Shown here: piece by piece, positions 18,673 to 26,476 of the stretch
Numbering within the stretch: the first letter of the stretch is position 1
Layout: each line of letters starts with the position of its first letter
Assembly: GCA_964532225.1 (NCBI GenBank)
Contig: CAZHHM010000001.1
Span: forward strand, 22,846-86,845
DNA: 64,000 bases
Source: an uncultured bacterium
Lineage (GTDB): Bacteria; Margulisbacteria; WOR-1; JAKLHX01
Direction: 5' to 3'
The notes under the pieces: model-generated
What the model was told of the DNA's origin: nothing
Seen by the model: only the letters and a program-made list of their open reading frames with translations
The model's database searches: none
Translations under genes and position numbers: made by a program

Positions 18673-20655
18673 ATGAAAAGCAAAGACCTTTTCAAGACGG
18701 TATACCCGCCCGCATCAATTGACATCCTTAAGAATTCAAACGAGATAGGCGCCAGGATAGGGGAGCGGATCGTTCGCGCGATAAGAGAGAACCCCTACGC
18801 CATACTTATACTTCCGACCGGCTCGACGCCGATAACCGCTTACAGGTATGTCGTAAAGAAGTTCGGCGATGACAAAACGCTGGACATGTCTAAGATAATA
18901 ATCTTCAACCTTGACGAGTACATCGGATTTCCCGATGAGCACCCTCTGAGCTACTCATACTACATGAAGAAGGTCCTGTATGAGCCTCTCGACAAGATCG
19001 ACAGGAACCGTGCTCCTCACCCGAACAACAGAAGGATACCTTTTGTCAGAGAAGGAGAGCGGCCTTCGGATGTTGCCAAAAGGTACGGCGCCAGCCTTGC
19101 GGACGCGGTAAGGCGTTCCGACTCGGGTATGGTCGACCTGGCCGTGCTTGGCGTGGGAGGCGCATATCCCGTCTTTGACAAGCGAGGCCGTTTCTCAAAG
19201 ATAAAAGGCGGACACATAGGCTTCAACGAACCCGGTTCAAAGGTCACTGACGGAGCAAGGGTCGTGACCCTTACCGACAAGACAAAGCTGGATACGGCGT
19301 TCAGGTTCCTGAACCTGAAGTTCTGCGCCTCGAGCTACGGAAGGGATTTTCCGTGCAGAGTGCCCGACCAGGCAATAACTCTGGGGATAGCAGACATACT
19401 TGAGAGCAGGGAGATATGGCTTCTTGCCAACCTTGAAGAAAAGAGCCCCGTCATAGCCGAAGCGTATAAAGATATGCCCAATCCTGATTTCCCCGTCACG
19501 TTCTTAAAATGCCACAAGAACGTCCACTGGCTGCTTGATACCGACGCGGCCAGCGAGCTTCCGCACATAAAAAGGCCGTGGACGCTAACGGGCGCTTCGA
19601 CAAAATGGAGCAAGGTCCTGATGCGCAAGGCCGTTCTTGAATGCCTCAGGATACACCCCAAAAAGGAACTGGGCGATATTGACGAAAAGTATATGGCGGA
19701 TATCGGGGTCAGCGAAAAGGCGCTGGCCTCTATGGGAGGGCTCAAGAGGATAAAGGAGGACATGGTCAAGTTCCTCAGGTTCTTTGTCTGCGACAAGGAC
19801 GACAACCTGCTGCCGAAAAAAGAAAAGATAATAATATTCTCTCCGCACCCTGACGACGACGTGATCGACATGGCCGCCACTATACGCAAGCTCGTTGAAC
19901 GGGAGAACAATGTCTGGATAGTCTATATGGTGAACGGCGAGAACGCCGTGAGGATAGACCTGCCTGCTGCCAGAAAAGCTTTCAAGGATATCCACGCAAA
20001 GTACATGAAGAGCTTTCCGTCAAAAAAGCTGAGCTCGGTGGAGATCGAGGAGCTGTGGCGGAGGGCAAGGATAGCCGTAAGGAAAAAGGAATCGCAGAAC
20101 GCGGCAAAGGTGCTGGGCGTGCCGGAGAACAGGCTTATCTTCCTTGATCTGCCGTATTATTACCACAGGGGAATGGTCGATGTGCAGGCCATAGACACCG
20201 AAAAGGACGTCAGGCCGGTGAGGGACCTTCTGCTGCAGATAAGGCCGTCGCATGTTTTCTACAGCGCCGAGGCGGACCCGCACGGAGCCCACGGACTTTG
20301 CGCCGAGATAGTATCAAGGGCGCTTGAATGGCTCCTTTCTTTCTGGAACTGCTCTTTCTGGGGGTACAGGGGAGCCTATGAGGAATGGCCGCTCGAAAAA
20401 GCGGAGGACCTGATAATAGTGCCTTTCGACAGCGCTCTTATGAGAAGGAAGACGCTCGCGATAAAGGCGCATAAGTCGCAGATACACCCGATATTCCCCA
20501 GTTTCGACTGCAGGGAGTTCTGGGAAAGGGCCAGGGACAGGAACAGGCAGACCGGCAGGGTGCTAGAGCAGCTCGGTGTCGTCCGCTCGAAAGGCCGCGG
20601 CTACGCTGAGGTATTCCGCAAGATCGCCCATGCCGAGTTCATGAGGACGAAGTAG
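18673..20655 (+). CDS. Fusion protein: glucosamine-6-phosphate deaminase-like (NagB) N-domain + PIG-L/LmbE-family N-acetylglucosaminyl deacetylase C-domain
   Basis: N-terminus ILILPTGSTPITAYRYV...IIIFNLDEYIG...HIGFNEPGS (NagB signature). C-terminus IIIFSPHPDDDVIDMAATI (PIG-L HPDD motif). 660 aa. Confidence 0.7.
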   Translation: MKSKDLFKTVYPPASIDILKNSNEIGARIGERIVRAIRENPYAILILPTGSTPITAYRYVVKKFGDDKTLDMSKIIIFNLDEYIGFPDEHPLSYSYYMKKVLYEPLDKIDRNRAPHPNNRRIPFVREGERPSDVAKRYGASLADAVRRSDSGMVDLAVLGVGGAYPVFDKRGRFSKIKGGHIGFNEPGSKVTDGARVVTLTDKTKLDTAFRFLNLKFCASSYGRDFPCRVPDQAITLGIADILESREIWLLANLEEKSPVIAEAYKDMPNPDFPVTFLKCHKNVHWLLDTDAASELPHIKRPWTLTGASTKWSKVLMRKAVLECLRIHPKKELGDIDEKYMADIGVSEKALASMGGLKRIKEDMVKFLRFFVCDKDDNLLPKKEKIIIFSPHPDDDVIDMAATIRKLVERENNVWIVYMVNGENAVRIDLPAARKAFKDIHAKYMKSFPSKKLSSVEIEELWRRARIAVRKKESQNAAKVLGVPENRLIFLDLPYYYHRGMVDVQAIDTEKDVRPVRDLLLQIRPSHVFYSAEADPHGAHGLCAEIVSRALEWLLSFWNCSFWGYRGAYEEWPLEKAEDLIIVPFDSALMRRKTLAIKAHKSQIHPIFPSFDCREFWERARDRNRQTGRVLEQLGVVRSKGRGYAEVFRKIAHAEFMRTK

Positions 20656-21309
20656 CTATTCTGAGAACTTGAACAGATCCCCGGCAACGCCGACATCGAA
20701 ATTGAGCATGGGTTGCTTGATGATGCCCGGGATATTGGAGAAGCCCACATAAGCCGCTACGACGAAACCGATATTGTTCTTGCTGCGCAGAAAAAATGAA
20801 ATGCCGATGTTGTTATAAATGACGTTCTTTGAGAATACCGTGAATTCGTTCATGTCATTGGTATATGCATTAGTTCCCTGGATGAATGAGAACTTACCGT
20901 ATTTGATATTCCATTTTATGAATAACTGAGGGGCGTCGCTCCTTTCGGATAATTCGAAAGGCATATAGGACACTGCGAACATATGATGAGGGCCGACTTC
21001 TTCTCTTAAGTACGCGATCTCGCTCTCGGCTTGGCTTGGGGCTGGAAGGGAAGGGTCTCGATAGTCATATTCTAATTTAGCTATCTTGCCGTGATAAAGA
21101 TCGCCCATTATCCCGTACTCTATCCTAAACCTGCCGGACCTTAATCCTATAGTTGGTCCTACCAGCTCGCGGTCAAAATATGCGTTGCTTGGCAAGTCCC
21201 GTTCGGCTGTCTTGCCGTTCAATGCGGTGACCGTACGTGTATAGATGGCTTCATTATAGTGTTGAAGTTTTATATTTACGTTGAAACCGAGCGTTATCGC
21301 GCTTCCCAT
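20656..21309 (-). CDS. Hypothetical beta-strand-rich protein (last gene of the large minus-strand operon)
   Basis: Alternating hydrophobic pattern and a C-terminal ...NFDVGVAGDLFKFSE. The track start at 21432 would overlap the upstream gene by 120 nt, so ATG 21309 (MGSAITLG, SD GGTGAGG) is used. No signal peptide. Confidence 0.45.
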   Translation of the reverse strand: MGSAITLGFNVNIKLQHYNEAIYTRTVTALNGKTAERDLPSNAYFDRELVGPTIGLRSGRFRIEYGIMGDLYHGKIAKLEYDYRDPSLPAPSQAESEIAYLREEVGPHHMFAVSYMPFELSERSDAPQLFIKWNIKYGKFSFIQGTNAYTNDMNEFTVFSKNVIYNNIGISFFLRSKNNIGFVVAAYVGFSNIPGIIKQPMLNFDVGVAGDLFKFSE

Positions 21310-21311
21310 AT

Positions 21312-24269
21312 TTACCTCACCAGCATCATTTTTTTTGTATCTGTGACGCCGTTGGCGGTTATCCTGAGAAAATACATGCCCGGAGCATGCCCGCTGCCGT
21401 CCCATTGAGCAAAATAGCTGCCTTCGACGCACCTGCCGGAGTAAAGCTGTTTTACCTTCCTGCCCAGAGTGTCATAGACGGAAATATCCAGATCGTTTAC
21501 TGTCCGGGTAGCAGAGAATTTTACCGTGGTCGGGCCTGAGAAAGGGTTCGGGTAGTTCTGCGCGAGAACAAAAGTTGACGGGTTCTGCCGTCCCTGCGCG
21601 TCGATCGCGGTTATCGCGTCCAACGCCGGTTTTGGGGTCCCGTTACTGTTAAAGAGCCCGCGCTTCGCGTTGTAGTTTGCGATGTTGAACTTCCAGGGCT
21701 CATCGAACGCCTCGTCAAAATAGTATTTGTCGTAAGGGAAAGCCTGTCTGGCAAGACGCCTGAATTCTGTAACGAACCTTTTTTGGTATTCAGGAGTAGG
21801 GTAATTATACCTGCTAAAGTCCCCGGTGGACCAAAGTGACAGACTGGTGACCACAACCGGAATGTCCGGGTTGACCTGCATTACCTGCCGCCATTTCTGG
21901 ATGGCGTATTCAGCCGCGCCTTCGGGATCGGATAGCAGAAAATCGTCATAGATTGGGAATTCAAGGAAAGGATCAATCTTTATACCGATAAAATCGATCG
22001 ACTTGAAAAGTTCCGGAAGAACCGTCCTGGGCCATCTCTGCGTGAATATGCTTGCGTTGTCCTCTATGCCTATTGGAACTGTTGAAGAACTGCCGGCCTG
22101 TTTTAAATACTGGATATACGGGGCCGCCAGTTCAGGAGAGTACTGGAGATCGCTTTTTTTGCTCAGAAGGCCAGAACCGATCAAAAAGCCGCTCAGGTTA
22201 AGGGATGCGTTGTTCATCATCGAGACTGCGGCATTGACCGCGTCGGTGTTCTCCTGGTTATTGTCAAGATACTCCATCCAGGCAGTAGGCAGGACGCCGA
22301 AACCTTTCTCCGACGCGAAAGACGGTACTTCATGCGAGATCCCGGTTATCCCGAATGTCCTGATATCGGTGAACACGCCCGAAAGTATGTTAAGCTCGTT
22401 CTTTATCTGCCCTTCGGTCGGCTGTGCGCCCGAAGGTGATTGCCCCGGCTGTGTGAAGATACCGTAGCAGACTCCTATGCTTTCGGGCGGCTCCGTTCCC
22501 AGTATCCTTCTTGCTGACTCCTTAAGCGCCCCGTCTTTGGCGATAAGGCCTCTGCTGGCTTCATTTATCCCGTACACGGTCTTCCACGGCTCGTCGACGG
22601 CCTCGTTAAGATAGTATTCGCCGTCAGGCATCTCTTCTTTCGCAAGCCGCATGAACCTTGTGATAAAAGCGGCCTGTTGAGGACCCCCTGCGGTGTTCCC
22701 AGATTCGCTGCCGTCGGTCGGCCAGGAACCGAGGCTGGTTATTACGACCTTCTTGTCCGGGTATTTCTTCGTCACATCTATCCATGTGTCCATTGCGTAC
22801 CTTGCTGCCGCATAGGGATTGGTATTCTGCCTGTCCTTGAACGGGTCTATCTTTATGCCTATGAAATCTATGTTGTCAAAGATGCCGGGCAGACCGGGCC
22901 TGACCCAGTCGTTAAGGAAGAAGGCCGCATTGTCCTCAATACCAACGGGCAGGTTGGTCGAAAGGTTGGCGTTGACCACATACCCTATGTATCCGGCCGC
23001 GCGCGTCGGGTCGGTCTGAATTTCAGGATGGCCGCTTAAGAGGTCGCTGCCGACAATTATCTTGTCGATCTTGTTCCCCGCAGTTGCCGCCAGGGCGAGG
23101 AGCTGGTTCACTGAGGCCGTGTTCTCCGGCGTCCGGTCAAGGGAGCCGATGTAGGCCGATGCCATGGTATAGAGGTTCCTGGCCGCGGCCAGTCGCGGGA
23201 CCGCTCCCGACATGCCGATAACACCAAAGGTCCTGATATGCTGTGTAAGGCCCTGCAGCGAGGCCAGGTCCTGGTCGATCTGAGATTCCGACGGCTGTGT
23301 TCCCGAAGGGCTTTGTCCGTCCTTGGTGAAGATGCCGAAATTGAGCCCCATATATCCGCGGTCAGGAAGTCCCAGCAAAGGATTCACGGCCGGTTTTGGC
23401 CTGCCGTCAGAGTAGAAAAGGCCGTTGTATTCGGAAGAGTTGAGGACCCTCTTCTTCCACGGCTCATCAAGGACCTCGTTGATATAATACGAACGTCCCG
23501 GAAGATACTGCTCCGCCAGGCGTTTGAACTCTTCGACGAAAAGCCTCTGGCTGTGCCTTCCGGGGATGTTCCTGTCGGAAGTGCCGTCAGAAGGCCAGTT
23601 GGCGATATTCGATATGACCACCTCATTGTCAGGATACAGCCGGATAAGCATTTTCCATTTGTCCATTGTCTTTCTTGCTGCCTGTTTCGGGGTGGAGTCA
23701 GGAAAATCATGGAAAGGGTCGATAGAGACATAAAGGACCCTTCCGTTGGCAATAAGCTGCGGAAGCTTTTTCTTGATGGTATTCTCTTTGCCCCAGACCG
23801 ACCAATGGCATTCGGTGCCTACCGGAAGAGCCGAGGCGGCGTCCGCCTGGTCAAGGAACGCAAAGAAAGGGGCCGCGATGTCCTGGTTGAACTCAAGCTC
23901 TTCTATCCTGCTGTCTATTACTCCGCTTCCCACTATCAATCCGGACGTCTTGTTCAGAGGGTCGTTAGCAATAGCGATAAGGTCGCTTACCGATAGGGTG
24001 TCTTCGGGGCTTCCTGACAGCGAGCCGATCCATGCCGTGATCAGGCAGGAAATGCCTCTCTCGCCAGCAAGTCGGGGGACCAAAGCGGCCGCTCCGTTAG
24101 AACCAAAGGTTCGTATCCTGTCGGTAAGCGTCTGGACCTTTCCAAGATCGGCGCGCACCTGGGATTCGGTAACGGATGAGCTGTTCTCGGGCACCTGTCC
24201 TTCGCGGGTGAAAGGAGAATAGCAGGCTCCCCAGAACGGTTTTATGGCGGCAGTGTTTACGCTTCCCAT
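21312..24269 (-). CDS. Protein with three tandem GH17-like (beta-1,3-glucanase/transglycosylase family) TIM-barrel modules and a T9SS-type C-terminal sorting domain; no N-terminal signal peptide
   Basis: Module starts GACYSPF / GLNFGIF / IGVCYGIF, each with IRTFG, a GIED acid/base-like site and a ..DEPWK..GLF..DG.PKPA tail as in GH17. The C-terminus QNYPNPFSGPTTVKF...VYDTLGRKV...GMYFLRI matches the Por-secretion CTD consensus. In-frame TAA 12 nt upstream of the ATG prevents N-terminal extension. Confidence 0.7.
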   Translation of the reverse strand: MGSVNTAAIKPFWGACYSPFTREGQVPENSSSVTESQVRADLGKVQTLTDRIRTFGSNGAAALVPRLAGERGISCLITAWIGSLSGSPEDTLSVSDLIAIANDPLNKTSGLIVGSGVIDSRIEELEFNQDIAAPFFAFLDQADAASALPVGTECHWSVWGKENTIKKKLPQLIANGRVLYVSIDPFHDFPDSTPKQAARKTMDKWKMLIRLYPDNEVVISNIANWPSDGTSDRNIPGRHSQRLFVEEFKRLAEQYLPGRSYYINEVLDEPWKKRVLNSSEYNGLFYSDGRPKPAVNPLLGLPDRGYMGLNFGIFTKDGQSPSGTQPSESQIDQDLASLQGLTQHIRTFGVIGMSGAVPRLAAARNLYTMASAYIGSLDRTPENTASVNQLLALAATAGNKIDKIIVGSDLLSGHPEIQTDPTRAAGYIGYVVNANLSTNLPVGIEDNAAFFLNDWVRPGLPGIFDNIDFIGIKIDPFKDRQNTNPYAAARYAMDTWIDVTKKYPDKKVVITSLGSWPTDGSESGNTAGGPQQAAFITRFMRLAKEEMPDGEYYLNEAVDEPWKTVYGINEASRGLIAKDGALKESARRILGTEPPESIGVCYGIFTQPGQSPSGAQPTEGQIKNELNILSGVFTDIRTFGITGISHEVPSFASEKGFGVLPTAWMEYLDNNQENTDAVNAAVSMMNNASLNLSGFLIGSGLLSKKSDLQYSPELAAPYIQYLKQAGSSSTVPIGIEDNASIFTQRWPRTVLPELFKSIDFIGIKIDPFLEFPIYDDFLLSDPEGAAEYAIQKWRQVMQVNPDIPVVVTSLSLWSTGDFSRYNYPTPEYQKRFVTEFRRLARQAFPYDKYYFDEAFDEPWKFNIANYNAKRGLFNSNGTPKPALDAITAIDAQGRQNPSTFVLAQNYPNPFSGPTTVKFSATRTVNDLDISVYDTLGRKVKQLYSGRCVEGSYFAQWDGSGHAPGMYFLRITANGVTDTKKMMLVR

Positions 24270-24329
24270 GGTATTCAGATATTAATCGACAGATAAAGGC
24301 AAAGATTTCACGCTTTGTTGTCGAGCCAA

Positions 24330-25160
24330 TTAAAAACGGCTTGCCCAGCCGAGATCAAGGATCTTGAATATAAAAGGGACATATTCTTTTACTATGTTCC
24401 GCGTATTCATTTCCATCTTATCCTTAAATATTTGGGGAACACCATAAGAGTTCCAGATATCGTATGGCCACCATGATGTGACCGATATTCTGCCCATCGC
24501 CTCTTCAGGCGCGGAACCGAAGTCTCTTATCAATGATGCCAAAGAAGCCGAAGGGACATTGATTATCGCTTCATGTTTTCCTCTGCCGGAGCCGTTCATT
24601 ATCAGGTCGGTCATTATTGACAGCTCGAACACCGAAGGATCGTCCAAATATATCCCGAATTTTGAAAGAATGATGCCTTTTTCGAACTCTTCGGCCGATA
24701 ATGTGGTCATTGTTCCCGACACTTTTGGTATCATTCCGTACCTTGCGCCATTCTCATAATTGGCGTCCAATTGAGAAAGCGGGAGCCTCTCTTCAACGGC
24801 CATCCCTTTGGTCGAAACAACTCCGGGGGTCACAGAGAGAAAACCGTGAGAAAGTCCTAACCACTTTTTGTGGAACACTACGGCATCCCTTTTATATGCC
24901 GGAGTTCTGACAATAAAGCTCTCGGCGGGGATCCCGGCTGAGTTCAATCCATTTAGCATCCACCTGGCGGCAACAAAACAATCCCAGTTATCTTTAAACC
25001 GTCCTTCCGTCTCGATCCTTGGGGTCCCTGATAACAAGGAAAGGTGAGTTCCTGACGAGACTATCCTGGAATCGGTCCTTTTTAAGTAGCTGCCATACCC
25101 GTACTCCCTCACAGGGAAGACCTGTTTTGCCTTATGCAGTATTGCTTTTACCGATGACAT
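24330..25160 (-). CDS. Hypothetical protein (276 aa), co-operonic
   Basis: ORF with a 2-nt gap to the GH16 stop; no recognisable motif and no signal peptide. Confidence 0.45.
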   Translation of the reverse strand: MSSVKAILHKAKQVFPVREYGYGSYLKRTDSRIVSSGTHLSLLSGTPRIETEGRFKDNWDCFVAARWMLNGLNSAGIPAESFIVRTPAYKRDAVVFHKKWLGLSHGFLSVTPGVVSTKGMAVEERLPLSQLDANYENGARYGMIPKVSGTMTTLSAEEFEKGIILSKFGIYLDDPSVFELSIMTDLIMNGSGRGKHEAIINVPSASLASLIRDFGSAPEEAMGRISVTSWWPYDIWNSYGVPQIFKDKMEMNTRNIVKEYVPFIFKILDLGWASRF

Positions 25161-25162
25161 GG

Positions 25163-26398
25163 CTATCTTTTCGCCAGGAATCTAATGCTGCTGAGGTCAA
25201 GGTCGGCATTGCACTGGCCGATACCCATGATGTTTATCTTGTTCACGCCGTTGACATCTATGGTCAGGGTCTTTTTCTCTTTCGATGGCTTATAGCTCTT
25301 TTCTATAAGGACATTGTCGGAGCCGTCAAAATCGATGGCCAGTACGGTGAAAGAGCCGTTCCTCCAGCCGCCAGAGAAAGTGCCCGAATAATCTATCTCA
25401 AGCCTGCCGGAGTATTTTCTGCCGAGGTCGACAGTGATGCCGGCGTCGTTCTTATTGCTTATCTTCAGCGACAAGGCTCCGGAGGAGGCATTGACCACTG
25501 CCCCGTTAAAGCCGTTCCATCTGTATTTGCCGCTTAACAGGTCAAGGACAGGTCCTGCAGGCTTTGCGTCATGCGTCTTTACCTCAGGAGCGCTGTTGTC
25601 AGGGACGTTCGTCTTGGCTGTTTGAGGCGATACCGGCTTTTCGGTGCCCTGGGCCTTTTCTTCAGACGCCCCGATAACATTGGCTTGGGGGATAAATTCC
25701 ACATAATCGAACTTCACGGTGCCGCCGCTGCCTTTATAGACCCCGCCAAGCCAGCCCGTTACTTCCTGCGTGCCTGCCCAGTAGTTCATCATCAGCTGTC
25801 CAGGCCTGGTCGGGATGTCCTTGGTCGCCTTGTGCACCGGCTTGCCGTCGACATACCATTCGATATAATCCTTGGTCCACATGAACCCGTAAGAATGGAA
25901 GCCTTCTGTGGGGTCAAAAGGAAGCTCGATGATCTTTTCGTGTCCGCCCTTACCTTTTGTATAGTAGTTGAGCTGCAGCTGCGCCGAAGGCCCGATGAAC
26001 TCGATATCGATCTCATCGTGTGATTCAGTGCCCCATGAGCCGGTGTACGTGAAGAAAGTTCCTCCGACTATCCCGGGCCCTTTTGCCGCGACCATGCTGG
26101 TCTCATAGTAGCCGTACGAGAAATATTTGTCCGAGCGGTATTCGCCCGAAGCGTAAGGGAACCCGTCGCAGCCGGAAGGACAGCCCTTCGTGTCCAGTGT
26201 TATTACCATTTTGCCGCCTGAAAAACTGACGTTGTCAGGCTGAAAGTCGCAGTTAAAGACCCCTTTGTTCGACCAGTCGGCTTTTTGGAAATCCGGCCTG
26301 GCCGAGTCCATCGGGTCGGAGAGAGCGGGCTTGCCTTTTTTGCCTTTGCTAAGATTTTCAGGTCCGTCAGCCGCAGGCATAAATAATGAAATAAACAC
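25163..26398 (-). CDS. GH16 glycoside hydrolase (lichenase/laminarinase-type beta-glucanase) with extra C-terminal ~150-aa domain; no signal peptide
   Basis: Catalytic motif ESHDEIDIEFIG (E-I-D-I-E, Bacillus lichenase-type, no beta-bulge) and WTKDYIEWYVDG. GTG start 6 nt after AGGAGA; alternative ATG at 26380. Confidence 0.82.
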   Translation of the reverse strand: MFISLFMPAADGPENLSKGKKGKPALSDPMDSARPDFQKADWSNKGVFNCDFQPDNVSFSGGKMVITLDTKGCPSGCDGFPYASGEYRSDKYFSYGYYETSMVAAKGPGIVGGTFFTYTGSWGTESHDEIDIEFIGPSAQLQLNYYTKGKGGHEKIIELPFDPTEGFHSYGFMWTKDYIEWYVDGKPVHKATKDIPTRPGQLMMNYWAGTQEVTGWLGGVYKGSGGTVKFDYVEFIPQANVIGASEEKAQGTEKPVSPQTAKTNVPDNSAPEVKTHDAKPAGPVLDLLSGKYRWNGFNGAVVNASSGALSLKISNKNDAGITVDLGRKYSGRLEIDYSGTFSGGWRNGSFTVLAIDFDGSDNVLIEKSYKPSKEKKTLTIDVNGVNKINIMGIGQCNADLDLSSIRFLAKR

Positions 26399-26476
26399 AA
26401 TTAATCTCCTTAAATATATATCGGGAGATATTTCCTGTGATTTCAGCTAAAGTCAGGCCCGGTTTTCAGTAAGTGC

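Noticed and set aside
20656-21309. Calling the last operon gene a PorP/SprF-type T9SS outer-membrane partner
   Set aside because: The position after a CTD protein is suggestive, but there is no signal peptide and no motif I can tie to PorP/SprF, so it is left as hypothetical.
23238-23996. 252-aa plus-strand ORF inside the GH17-like gene
   Set aside because: Antisense to an ORF with repeated conserved GH17 motifs; no features of its own.
26404-26430. Hairpin ATCTCC-N14-GGGAGAT between the 2580-aa gene and GH16
   Set aside because: The stem is only 6 bp with a 14-nt AT loop and no T-run. The RBS AGGAGA for GH16 is part of it, so the terminator-like appearance is most likely incidental.
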